Source: the human T2T-CHM13v2.0 reference genome, Homo sapiens | Assembly (NCBI RefSeq): GCF_009914755.1 | Contig: NC_060939.1 | DNA: 64,000 nucleotides | Strand: one strand, 5' to 3' | Shown here: piece after piece, positions 25,152 to 39,633 of the stretch | How positions within the stretch are numbered: the stretch's first letter is position 1 | Layout of the letters: each line of letters starts with the position of its first letter | The notes under the pieces: model-generated | Told to the model about the DNA's origin: nothing | Databases searched by the model: none | What the model saw: only the letters and a program-made list of their open reading frames with translations | Made by a program: the position numbers and the translations under genes

Positions 25152-27477
25152 CAAATAAATATTGAGAGAAAAAAGTAAATTCTTTCAAACAGTGGGATGT
25201 TCTTAAACAGAGACTTGATCTAAAAGGTTAGAAGGGTTTGAGGAACCTGGAGTTTAGGTTGTATTGACAATTACGTTAATCATACAACTAAAGTGCTTAG
25301 AAAATGTTCAGGCACTAGTGAGCCTCGATAAATGTTACCTTGCACTTCCATACCTCGCCTGTGTGTCATGTGCTTTGTCAGGCCACTGAGGGGTTCCTGA
25401 GACATTTGGGCAAAGAGCACCCAACTAATAGCAACCCAAATGGTGAGGCAAAGCAAGTACAAAAGACCCTAACAACCAACAAAAGTAAAATGTTATTACA
25501 AACTTAGTAGCAATTAAAAAACAAGAACAACTCAATAAGGCATTAATGATGCTCTGATAACAAAGCTTATTTCCTGGAAACTATGGGAATTCCAACAATC
25601 AGCTTGCCTCCCTAAATGGTAGGAGCTTCACAGCAATGCTAAGCTTTTTGTAGCAGCCAGACTTCCTGGCACCATACTAGATTAAGGTCTAGAGTAAACT
25701 CCCTCAGCATGCTAATTTTAGTTTATCAATATCACATGTTAGTGACTCTTCATAACTCTTTTAATAGCTTCCAACTTCCAATGGAATTTCATGTCATTTG
25801 CACATAAACAGTGCAGGAGGAGATCAAACTTGGGGTAAGTTCTTGGCCCTTCTAGAAGACCTTTACAGCCCCACCAAAGGGCCGAAGACTTAACTTTGAG
25901 AAACACTTCTTTAGAGCCCAATTATTCCAACAAAATATGTTACTCTCTATTTCTATGTAACCCCCGTTTAAGATCAACATTGAAATATAGTTACAAGGAT
26001 TCCAGTGATGCACAAATAATATTGGGTTCTTCTTACTCCTTTTTTCTGAAAGGTTCTTTCAGTAGGCCGTTCTTTCTCATATTGGTTAATTTTCCCTTTA
26101 ACCTTTCCCATGATTCCTAACTCTGAAAAGGCTGAATACTATCAAATCAGAGATACTATAGAAAGAATCAAAATGAGAGAATTCATTTGCTTAGAAACAG
26201 AAGCCCACTTATCCCAGACAGAAGACAACTGGATATAATTGGTATCAACTTCTTTGACCCATTTTAGCAAACACTTTCGGATTGTTGTAATGATCTTAGT
26301 GAACTCCTTAAAGACCCTGCCTGTAGTGATACACAACCCTTCCAAGATTGGGAATTCTATTTTGAAGAAAACAACCTCCGCAAGCGATTACCATAGCCTT
26401 TCCCTTTTAAACTACATCCCTGCAACACTTGAGTGATTGTAACAGACTCAAGGCCTCTGAAAGTAATGGGATTATTCTGGCACCACAGTTCACTGGCTAG
26501 CCTTATTTTGGAAAATTCATCTCTCTTAATGTTGTTAAAAGAAGGTGAGGCAGCCCTAACCTATGTCTGTTACTTTGTAAAGGAGGAGCTTAGAGTAAAC
26601 CAGGAAAAAATGCATGAGCAGACTTGGGGAAGCAACTGAGTCAAACAGTGTAAGATCTCCACTAGGCTCAGAGGAGTCAACTTTTTCAGTTACTCGTCAT
26701 ATTCACTGAAGACAAGAAAGAAGCCGTGATAGTGAGAGATAGAGTTCACAGTGTGCACTGCCAGGGGTGCAGACATTCATACCTGCCCACTTCTGGTATG
26801 GTCAACCGGGAGCAGAGGACATTCTTTTATTTGATTTAGCAGCCATTCATGTCACATCTACCATGTAGCAACCACTGAATTAAGCCAAGAAATCCATTAT
26901 AAACTCTACTCTTGGATTTATTAACCAGTAGGGAAGGAAATTCAAGCCAGTGTCCAAATATTGTAATTGAGTATAGTGTCAGATTTTGTGCAGAGTAGGG
27001 ATTGGGAAGGAGAAAGTGGAAAGAGACATGTGATGATGCTTAGGTATGGGTTGAAGACGCAATGCTCCGAGCACTGCTTGCTCAGGCCGAGGGAACAGCC
27101 CGAGCAAGTGCTGCTGTCAGGCAGTCACAAGGGAATAGGCATAGCATGGGGAAGGAGGCCGTGCCAGTTGATGTTGAAGCTCCTGAACCTTTGTGTGCCA
27201 GGCTGAAGGAGTGGGTCCATACTTACATGGGCAGACTGGCATTTTAGGTACACCCTTGGGACATCAGTTTGCTAGCAATTTGCAAGGGGGAAGGTGTTGG
27301 AGGGAAGAATAAGAGTCTGTTGAATCCAAAGATCTGTTGAAAAGCGGCTAGTAAGACTGAGGAACTCAGTCTCCAACTTTATTTAATTTTAATTTCTTTA
27401 AAAACTAACATATATTTCTTTTGTACTTATAAACAAATAAACAATAATTTATTTACAACTTATAAAAATAAAAAGTA

Positions 27478-27833
<356 letters not shown>

Positions 27834-27857
27834 TTAAATCTCTGAGTTTTAATTTCT

Positions 27858-28172
27858 TTCTTTTTTTCTTTTTCTTTTTCTTTTTTTTTTTGAGACAATG
27901 TCTCCCTCTGTCACGCAGGCTGAAGTGCAGTGGCCAATCTCGGCTCACTGCAACCTCCGCCTCCCAAGTTCAAGTAATACTCCTGCCTCAGCCTCTGGAG
28001 TAGCTGGGATTACAGGCGCTCACCAACATGCCCGACTATTTTTTGTGTTTTTAGTAGAGATGGGGTTTCGCCATGTTGGCCAGGCTGGTCTCGAACTCCT
28101 GACCTCAGGTGATCCACCTACCTCTGCCTCCCAGAGTGCTGCAATTACAGGCGTGAGCCACCGTGCCCAGCC
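27858..28172 (-). mobile_element. AluSx-like
   Basis: Reverse Alu dimer; TSD tgagtttt(a/c)atttct at 27843-27857 and 28173-28187. Confidence 0.95.
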
Positions 28173-31100
28173 TGAGTTTTCATTTCTACATTTTAATCAT
28201 ACAACACATAAGTTACATTGCTTGGAAAGTGTATAAATAAATAAAGATACTTCAAACATACATAAGTGAGTTAAAGGGACTCTCATAAATTCTCAGATGG
28301 AGAAAAAAATGACTAAAGTCCTGAAGTATGATATTTTTCTAGCAACTACTACCAAAATACATTTTTTTTTATGTCACCGCATAAAGATGCCTTAGAATTT
28401 TGCCTAATTTTCTAACTAAGGCGACCGATGAATAGAACATGTATTGGAATAATCTGATGTTAGAATATGAGGATGGAATTTCTCTGATGACAGATAAGTC
28501 CACTTTGACACATAGATTCTAGAAAAGCTGAATCCCTCTGTTTTAAATCTGAGAAAAGTTGAATTTCAGAGAGTAGAGATACGGGGTCCTGAAGCTCCCT
28601 AATTTTTGTGAACATTACATTTGGCTCAGTAGCATAAACATCCATCTGAAGCTTTCAGTCTCTTTGATCATGGCAAGCTCTTTATTTATTCATATTCTAA
28701 AAGGTAAGCAGCTCACCACTGGTTTCTTAGTGATCAGTGGACTGATCAGAAAGAAGAGGAGGGGTGGCCAGGATCCCTTTGGCAGGCAGTTACTCTAGCC
28801 CTGGCACAACCCAGTCTGTGCTAAGTGGGTGTCTGTGAAGCTCTGATTCAGACAAGTGGAACTTGCAAAGTTCAAAGATGCTTCATAAAAGCTATCAGTT
28901 ATTTTACTTCTTGCTAGAAATTGCAAACATGAATATACATTGCAGGTTATTACAGGAAGGAACCCCTGCATATTAAAATGTGACATGGTTTTAAAGTTTC
29001 ATAACCTAAATCACGAAAGTAAGTTGCATTTTCATCTGGAAAAGACAGGAACATGTTAAGCCGGGTTCAGTGTTTATAGTAGCAGGCTGTGTCCATGTTA
29101 CTTATAAACACAAAACAGACACAACCCTGACTTTAGAGCATAACAGCTGCATCCAAAAGCTTTATTTCTAAGTGAAATGATGCAACAGAAGCCTTTTAAA
29201 GAACTAGCTATCTTGTACATTTTAAGAAACAAATAATCTCACTTAAATAAGCTTACTTGTGATAATGAACTTTAGATTCAGCATATTTTCCTGTAACATT
29301 TGAAATTGCTAATAAGTCCCTAAAGCTGCTTTATACATGAAAACAAATTAAATCTGACTCTTGTAAATAAATTGCACCAATATATGAGATGTTCCAAGAT
29401 ACAATGTTTTTAAGTGCTTTTTTCAAGGGAGTCCTTTAGGAATGTATGATAAAGGATGTAAAGTTTGATGCTTTTTTTAGCCTTAGCAAAGCCATTTATA
29501 TTTGGAAATGCCATTCTGAGTAGGCTTCTGGAGTAGATGTGGCATCTTCATAGTGTTTTTTTGTTTTGTTTTGTTTTTTAATAGCCTGCATCCATGGATA
29601 GGAAAGGGGCACAATGCTGAGAGCTTTTCATCTAACATAGTAGTTACTGGGGATAATAAACCTTTTTCCATATTAGGCCCTGGAGAACATGAACATGAAA
29701 AAGTATATTCAAGGGAATTTATCATTTGTATAATTGATCAATTTAGCACATTTGAAATGTTTGTCATATTAAAGAAGGAGAATCCTTATAAACCTGGAAT
29801 TGTAAATGTTTTTCAGAAAATCCCATGTTTAATCAGTCATTGAAATGATGCATTAAATTTGAATCTCCTTTAACTTGCATGACATCATGGCCCATGCAAG
29901 AGAGCTGAAATTAATCAAGATAATTCTGTTGTATGACCTACTTTGGCATTTTCATCTGATGGAGCCAGGAAATGGGCTGGCTAATAGTCCATTCTGGAGT
30001 ATTCTAAGATCTTAGCAATTCCATATTTAAGGAGGTTAATAGGATACTAATTGGGGCCTAGGTGAAAAGTTCACAAGAAAAATGAACTCACCTGGATATG
30101 AGGAGTATGCACAGCCCAAAGCCCTCCCCTTTACAATGGCTCTTCCAAATGGTTTCACCTCCTAATTCAGAGAGAAAGAAAGCTCGCACCTTGGGAGACT
30201 CGCACAGCCAGCATTCTGTCTCCTGGTCCCTGGGTAACAATGGCTGGCCACATGCCAAGGTTGCAGGCCATTAGCAAGATCAGCATTCTGCCTCTGATGA
30301 AACGAAAGTAAAGGAAAAAATTCCAAAGGGGGAAAATAAGTGTCAAAAATCAAACCTTTGTAAGAGTTGTTATGAACTTTTAAGAAAAGCGCATGTTGTT
30401 AAGACTTAAGAAGTTCCAATGTTTAAAAATCAACTTTTATTCATCACTTTTGCAGAAGTAAATTAAACCACGTTTTATTGTTTATTTTTTCAACAAACAT
30501 ATGACAATCTTGGGCTTGGGTCATTGTTATTGACTAGCTAGTGGCTCTATTCATCAAGACCAATAGGGAAGATAATATTCTTTCTCAATTTTCTCTCCTG
30601 TAAATATTTGCAATAACTCCTGGGTGACTTGGAAAATTTATCAACATAAAATGCAGTGCTCTGAAATATTGCAGACTCTCTCTGTTGCGTTATAGCCCCC
30701 CTGGCAATGTTAGACTGTCCTAACGATGTCTCAGCATTGTCATTCCTCACCTTGTTCTCATTATAGTGTACCCATAGATGGCACATTGTGCTTTTCTTAA
30801 TATTTTCTTAGCCTTTTATGTACAGAAAGGGTTAAGGATTTTTCTACCATAACGGCTTATGGCATGTCTTTCCATCTCTCTCTCAGTGTGCAGTCCATCT
30901 TCCAAGTTTCCAGAAGCGGCTGAGATTTTTAAAAACAGCTGTAATCTGCGGTCATTGATGGTGGAGTAGATTGTTTGCCAAACTATTACCATAACTGTCA
31001 ACCGAAATCAGAAAAATAATCTCATTGTGCTGGACAGATGCGTTTCCTGCATTATTGATATAGTCACTCTGGAGTAATAGAGAAATATAAAGCATTGTTC

Positions 31101-31704
31101 TATTTACAAAAGGAGATTGGCCAAGTCCTTGAAAGTGAGTATGAGGGACAGGCACTTACAGGAAGTGAGATATAGTCAACTCAGTAAAAGTTATGAGTCA
31201 GGGTCAGGTGACCTCTATAGTCAGCAGAAGAATCTCAGTGCTTTCCCTCCAGTCTCCCTCCTCACTTCCAGGCCGGTTTTGTGGTTTGCTCTCAGTCTGA
31301 AGGTGTTCTCAGAATTTCTAAATACAGCCCTGTGGAATTTGTGATGCATGCTTTATCCCACACCCCAACAGTTGCCCCGAATATGCAAAATGTTCTAATG
31401 GGTTCATTACACACCTCTGGGTAGCAAGTGAATTGCTCTAGACCACTACATTGCAGAATAATTGAATTTGTTTATTTCAAGCAGATGACCCTCAATATCC
31501 CTCTGATGCAATGAGTTAAATATACCTTATGCTGAGTGGCTTTGCAAGAACGGTCAGTAGTCTTGTACGCTCAGCAATTGCTCCACCATAATTTGAGCTG
31601 TGAGTAATGCTGTGTGATTCTATTTGTTGAGCATACATACCGTGAAATACTAAGCACACCACATTTATTATCTCTAATCCACAGAAAACAAACTCCAAGG
31701 CAGG

Positions 31705-31860
31705 GATACCTTTTTAAATTTCCATTTTGCTGCTGAAGAAATAGATGAAAAAGGCTCTATAGATTTCCCAAAGTGACAGAGCTCTTAAGTAGTTGATCCA
31801 GGATTCGAACCTAGGCCTGACTCTGGAGTCCATCCCTGCTGGATCATGCTCCCTTCCATT
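31705..31860 (-). mobile_element. MIR
   Basis: cccaaagtgacagagct...ggattcgaacctaggcctgactc. Confidence 0.6.
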
Positions 31861-31941
31861 TTATTGAGATATAAGCAGAAGTATATTATGCATTGGAATA
31901 TTTATATATATTTAATGCAGCTCCCCCAAATATTTATAATA

Positions 31942-31946
<5 letters not shown>

Positions 31947-31985
<39 letters not shown>
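31947..31985. repeat. (CA)n microsatellite
   Basis: Direct reading. Confidence 0.95.
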
Positions 31986-31988
<3 letters not shown>

Positions 31989-33489
31989 CCATTTTTCTTA
32001 CGGACAGATAGCCATCTTTCTTATGGAAACAAAGGGCAAAATCATCTCTGTCCTGCACTAAAGGGCATTTAATGAGACTGGGGTGGGGGTGGATTGGCAA
32101 GCAACCTTCTTAGCTCCTAAATACGTGCATCACAAGCACCTAGACTTTAGCAAGATAGTGCCAGGTGTCTCTGAACAGTAGTTCATGAATTCTGGCAACT
32201 CCACTCTGAGTACAAGGCAGAGGGCCAGGAAATCTAAATTCTAACCTGGGCTAGTCAGAGCCTCTGTGGTTTAGTTTTCTATTTATGAAAATGCATAACC
32301 CTGGCATACTTCTTAGAAACAGCATGCCAGTTCATATATAAGCATCCCATCAATACATTGTAAGCAAAAATTCCTGTGAAATATTGTGTAGTGTCCATAG
32401 TGGAAACTTAAATTCATATTAAAATTAATGGCCATATGATAATTAATTCGTGTCCCAAAGATCTGCTATTGTTGCTGTTTTTTTCTTTTGTTAATTACGA
32501 TGTCCACAGAAATGGTTCAGCATTTTGAGATTCTGAGAGAAAAGTGACAGGGAGTATTGATGCAGTTGTAGGGCCACGTAGCACTCTTGTTGGGAGAGTT
32601 GTTGTATTTATGCTGTCTTTCTGGTCTGGGGACTAGGAAACAGGCGCAAGATGTATGCTGAAACTGTGTCTGGGAAGGGTAGGCTGTGGCATAGGATGAA
32701 AATCTTGGGCAAGGAAAATCTAGTCCTTCAGGGCCTAGACTATCATCTACACTTTTGGTTCAGATGTTCTGCACCCCACCAACCTGCCACCCCCATCCTC
32801 ATAGAGGAAGCACAGTTCACTGCTCCACCTGGGGAGGCCCAGTTGCGAGAACCCTGCCTTGGCATCAGCCCACCTGGGTTCTACACTGGGATCGTGTTGA
32901 AACCCACAGCAAGAATGTTAACACATCACTGCCCATCTTGAATTGTAGTTCCTCAGCTGTAAAATGAAGGAGCTGATTGAACTGAGCTTCAAGATCACTT
33001 GCAGATCTGAGATTCAATGATTCCCCAAAATAACATTATATGACTCTTCTCAAATTATTGATTTTAATTCCTCCCTGGGTGGTGATGGTTTTCATCCAGC
33101 TGACGGTCCTATTTGTCTTGTACTCTTGTTTTGCCATCAGGATCCCCTGAAATGCTGGGCACACTGACTAGCCTCTTGTATAGAGTCTCAAGCCTGTGGC
33201 CAGAAGCAGCTGTGTGAAGTAGCCGCTGTGATGGATTGGGACCACAGATACCACTTTGGAAGGAAAGGTTCCAGAAACCAAAGCTTGGGCCATGGGTCTC
33301 TGGGAAACTGCAGCAGGTATGTTCTGCCTATCTGGCTGCTTTCTTCTTGCTGATCTATTGTTTTTCAGATTGAGAATTGGTTTTCCTGAAGCAAGAAAAT
33401 AAAATAAACCCCACAAGTCTGAAGAGCATAGAGAAGAGACAGAGGAGCCATAAGCAGGGAAGAGAAAAAACACAAACTGATGTTGTATA

Positions 33490-33526
33490 AAAATAAATGA
33501 ATAAATAAATAAATAAATAAATAAAT
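33490..33526. repeat. (AAAT)n
   Basis: Direct reading. Confidence 0.85.
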
Positions 33527-33769
33527 CTTCAAACAAGAACCTTCCCCCTCCCTCCTACACACATCCTTTTCTCAGTTGCACACTGAGGTATCTTTCCTCT
33601 CTTCTCAAAATATCTTCTTAAAACAACATAAAAAGAAGGAGCAATTATTTAATATAACTCATTTCTAAAAGTGAACTTTCTCCTGTAGACACAGAACTGA
33701 TGGAAAATTATACAACCGCGAAATGAGATGATAGCATGTCTTTTTAAAAATTTGTTCTGCCAATTATGT

Positions 33770-34470
33770 AGCAAGGGTTTAATTTAATAATTATGTTAAA
33801 ATCTCCAGGTATTTATCTATTTTTTTCTTTAAGATGTATTCATTTTTGTTTCACATATTTTGAAGCTGTTATTAGTTAGATATGCATTTAGGATTATTAA
33901 GTTTTCTTGATGAATTGATTCATTTACCACTATGAAATTTCTCTATCTCCAATAATACTCTTTGTCTTGAAGTCTTTTTTTTCTGCTATTGATATATTAA
34001 TAGCTAAATTATGTTTCTTGAAACTATTGATGGAAGAGAGTATCTTTTATTTGCACTTTTAGTTCCCACCAGCCTGTATTTATATATTTCAAGTATGTTT
34101 CTTGTAAGCAGAAAGTAGGTGATCTTGCTTTAAAAAAATAAATTCAGTCTGACAATCTTTGCCCTTTAAGTGGAATAATTTGTCCATTTGCATTTAATAT
34201 AGTAACTAATACAGTTTTTTATCTCACCCTTCTTTGTCTTCTTTCATTCCATTTGGTATTCGTTCTTCGGTTTGTCCCTTCCTGCCTTTTTTGTGTAGGT
34301 TCTATAATTTTTAATATTCTATTTTAGCTCCTATGTTTACTTTTTAGCTATTTTTCCCTTTTTAATATTTTTTCTAGCAATCATAATAATTAGCTGTAAG
34401 TTATGGTCTACATTTGAAGCACATTATGCTACTTCATATACAGTGTCAATATGTTACTACAGTACCATTT
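33770..34470 (-). mobile_element. Old L1M(E) fragment, ORF2 endonuclease region
   Basis: tattttgaagctgttattag...tcttgatgaattga...attcagtctgacaatcttt. Confidence 0.7.
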
Positions 34471-34955
34471 GGTCTGGCTTTAGTTTTAAACATATTTTTC
34501 TAGGATGTTATATACAAATTCAATAGCGCGGCAGAACATAACTTTTATTTTGGGTCGTGGAACTGTTGAGAAACAGAGGAAGGCTCTGGGTCTCCAGTTA
34601 TACATATACACAGAAAGAACTTTGCATGTAACTTCAGGAGATTTATATCCACCTGGAGGCCAGTTTGTGGACTCTTTGTATAGGACAAAGTCTGTTTTTT
34701 TCAGCTAGCATTAGTATGGAATCTGAAGCAGAAACTTATTGATAGAACTTGAAAAATAAACCAAAATAATAGAAAAGCCCGAGGATGAGGGCTAAAAAAG
34801 GTTTGGGGTCAGAGGAAAGAGAAAGAAAAATATAAATTAAGAATTACTCCAAAATTACTTTACTAAGGTATCTTTATAGCACCTAATTATCATCCTGTTA
34901 CCATGGGCCATACATGATGCTAACATTTGACCAGGTACTTAAAAAAGTTATTGTA

Positions 34956-35329
<374 letters not shown>

Positions 35330-36233
35330 TTAAAAGTTGAACAAACTGTCTTCCAGATAGTTGATCTCACTTGTTCACAATTAAACAACACATACATAGA
35401 TCAAGGATTCATATTGCCCTCTTCCTAATTCTGAGCTATCAGTCTTTCCAATTCTCCAGGTGGTCAGAAGAATTTTCTATCACCTTGTTGCCTAAAAATA
35501 CATATTTTCATTCAGAGTAAATAGATTATAATGCTACAAGTATAATTCAGGGAACCTTTGGTGTCGTAAAATTGGTGGAATTATTCCTCTTAAAGCAGGA
35601 CTGGAAATGTGTTTCAGCGTAAGCTGGTTTCCAGGACTTATTTCCTATCCTGAGCACTTGGTACCCTGAGAACACCCAAGTAGCGTAAGTAAAGCAGTTG
35701 TTGATTGGGATGAAGACAAATGAACTCATCCTCCAGGTGAGGAGAGAGTTAATTGCTCTGCTTATGGGCACCATAAATTATTACTCAGTACAATTTCTGA
35801 AAACCTGTGGCCAAGGAAAGGGTGTCCATCTCATTGATAAAATTTGGCTTGTTCACCCAGAGACATGACATCTTGTTTATATGTATATATAACTGGGCAC
35901 TGGGGTTAGGGTGTTTTCTACTGACTTACTAGATGGCCTTGAGAGAATGCTATACACCTTAAATTGTCTTCTTTGTTTAAACTGAATATAATACCTTCTC
36001 AAAAGGTAGCTAACATTTACAAAACAGCTAAAAATACTTCCTTAAAGGAGTTGTGATAGGACAGCCCGATTTGTTCACATACCACTGTTTCCAAAACATG
36101 TGCAGAGACTCAAGGAAGTTACCAAAACAATTAAGAATTGATTTAATTAACCTTTGTATCTTAGTATTGACCCAGCCTTTATAACAGCCTCTTAAACTCT
36201 GGAATACCCCAAGTCCAGAGTGTAGGCGTGTTT

Positions 36234-36285
36234 GCACACGCACACACGCACTCACACACATTCACACACACACCCAAACACATAT
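36234..36285. repeat. Imperfect (CA)n
   Basis: Direct reading. Confidence 0.8.
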
Positions 36286-36949
36286 ACTCTCGCGCAGATA
36301 CACCAACTGCAACACCAATTTTAATTGAAAAGCATAAATTTGGACTGCTAAAACTATTAACGATTTGTTTTAATTAGGAACCCAGCTGCTTCCTGAGATT
36401 TTGCAGTCTGGGTTTCAGAACTTTTGCCATACTGAGAACGAGTCTCAAGTGGGTTGCTTTGGTCTTCCAGATCAGCATTTTTAAAAGACTTGTTGGAAGG
36501 GGGAGCTGCAAATGCTTCTGAGCTGTAAAATTACAGCTGCGTTTGTCCTTGGATGAGGTTGGGGCTGCTTTGTTATTGTAGCCAGCACCCTGCCCTTGAC
36601 CTCTCACTTGGGCATGTTAAGTCTAGCAGGCTACCTGATCTTTGGATCATCTTGCCAAGTTGGCTTACAGATATGCAGCATCATGGATTTTGAGGTCCCT
36701 ACTTATTCCACCATCAGTAGGGGGAGCTGTTACTTAATTGAAGTCTAAAGCGCCTCTCTCTTTTTCTTTAAATATTTGACAAGCTGAGAAGATAGTTCTT
36801 GAAAGTCAGTTAAGGGAAGTAGAGTCTGAGGAGCAGTAACATTTTTATGTGCCTCTTTTCTGATGTTCAGCTAATGCCAGCCATAGAACTTGTTATTTGG
36901 ATAACATTAAATGGAGTATAACACATTCTGTTCATCAGTGAGCGTGGAA

Positions 36950-37760
36950 GCCATTCATTAGTCTATTCACTCACTCACTAATTTGCTCATTTATTCATTC
37001 AATCTTTCTTGATTGCCTACTATGTAAAATGCATGGTGCTATGAATGTGAAGATTACTAAAACACTGCTTCTGCCTTTCAGGAGTTTAGAGTCTAATGGA
37101 TGGAACACAGAAGCAGGAAAAAAATTGCTGTAGAATATGATAAAGATTAATAGAGGTATGTACAAAGCACATTGGGGATAGAGGGAAGGGAGTCGGGAGA
37201 TACTTTCTGTGGTACTGGGAATGCGTTTACCAAATATTAATATTTGTTAAATGAATATTGGTAAATGGTCAATAGATGGGTGAATGAATGGATGAAGAGA
37301 AAAAGGAGCTGACAGGAAAGTGAGCACAGGCAGTCTAGGAAAACCAGTTTGAAGAAAAGCTTAATGAAAGGGTATGTTAAAGTTGCAAAGCGTGAGAAGA
37401 GCAAGGTGCCATGGAAAGAGACTTAACAGGGTGCTGAGAGGTGAAGCTTGTGAGAGAAGGCAGCTGTTCATGAAAGGCTTTTTGTGCCATGCTAAGGAGC
37501 TTGGACTTGATGATCAAGAAGCTGCTGGACCAGGGGAGAGATAAAGGGAGAGCTATAGTTTAGAAATGTCATTTGGGCAATGATGTGAATGATGGTGTAG
37601 AAATGTAAGACTAGAGGTGGAACAGAAAAATACACTTGAAGGTATTTTTAATACAATGAAACTTTTCTAGGAGTCTGCAATAAAGACTGACAGATTGGAA
37701 AGATACTTAAAAAACAAATCAGCAGGACTTAGCAGGTTATTGAATGTGGGATGCTGGCAA
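36950..37760 (-). mobile_element. L2 fragment(s)
   Basis: (cattc)n tail, gattgcctactatgt, ctgcctttcaggagtttagagtctaatgg, ccatgctaaggagcttggactt. Confidence 0.75.
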
Positions 37761-38104
37761 TTTTAAGGAAAAAATAGTGTTCACGGTACTCCTTTGTAAG
37801 TATAGACATGCCTCTGCAGAGAACCATTTTTCTGAAATTGATATATACAGATAAATTGCAATGGATAGCTTGCTAGCTATTTGGAGAAGTCACCTGGAAA
37901 AGTCATATTGCAATTTAAATATCATAACGATGGAGTATAAAGTTTGGACTGGACAGTATCAATATTTATATAAATTCAATTATGAATGGAATATTTTGAA
38001 ATATTTTGTGATTTAAAATAGACAATTCATTCAAATGTATTTATCACCGAATTTATCAAGAAAATTTGTTCAACATCGATACAATAGGAAATAACTATAG
38101 AATG

Positions 38105-38288
38105 GATGTTGACAAATGACAACTCATGGAGCAAACCCAGTGCCCACACTTCCCCACCTGTTTTTGTAAATAAAAGTTTATAAATAAAGTTTTATTGGAA
38201 TACAGCTATGCTCATTCATTTATATATTGTCCATGGCTGCTGTCATGCTACGATGGCAGGGGTGAGTAGTCATGAGAGAGACTGCAAG
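38105..38288 (+). mobile_element. MER58-type hAT-Charlie relic
   Basis: cctgtttttgtaaataaa...ttttattggaatacagctatgctcattcattta...tggctgct. Confidence 0.8.
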
Positions 38289-39156
38289 CAGTTCATTGGT
38301 TTGTGTAAGATAAGAGGTAGATCATGCATGCGTGCCCAGGAGCACTCAGTATAGAGTGTGGGGTGACCTAGTTAAAGGGTCACTGGAACCCATAGACATA
38401 AACCAAGACCCAGGCACCCCAAGAAGCAGCCACAGGAGGGCAGCAAAGTCACATGACATTAAAAATATCTATTTGAGAGCAATGGTGGCCAGCAGTGTGT
38501 AGATTACAAACCATTTGGTATTTCATGTGACAGCACCAAAGTCCAATAGAAATTTCTTTAGCATGAATGTATATGCTCAGTAGTCTCTTTTGGATCCAAA
38601 TTAAGAAGTATTCAGAAATAAAATCTGCTTTTGGGAGAAGCCAAATTTTTTAAAACAAAAGAGACTTTTGATTAGGATAAAATGTGTCAGTGCAGGATAC
38701 TGACACTTTTTACTTCATAGAGAACATCGATACAAATCCATTTAAATAAGCATTCCCATTTTAATTGACTTTTTCACAAGAAGAGCAAGATGAACACATT
38801 GCAGCACATAGTTCTTCCATGGAAAAATACAGCATCATTTAAAAAAAATGAACACTGAGAAATAGCATTTATTTATTTTTTTTCTGCTTTTTTTTCCACA
38901 TTGATTTATTTTGTAGCCTACTTGGGCCAAACATTGCACTGGAGAAGAGGGATACAGAGAACAATGAAAAGAGAGTGACGAAGTTATTTTATAATTTTAA
39001 AACCACACCCACATCAAAAATAATAAACATCTCTGGAAAAAAGCACGACTTAAAATGTTAGTCTTGGTTTATTTTCTGTTTTCTTGCCTTGATTTTGGCC
39101 CTATATCAAGCCACTTCTCAATTTCAACATGTAGATAGCTTAAAATCTTTGGCTTG

Positions 39157-39633
<477 letters not shown>

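Noticed and set aside
30294-30312. CTGATGA-aac-GAAA resembling a hammerhead ribozyme core
   Set aside because: Only 3 nt lie between the boxes (no stem II), and I find no stem I/III partners with an NUH cleavage triplet.
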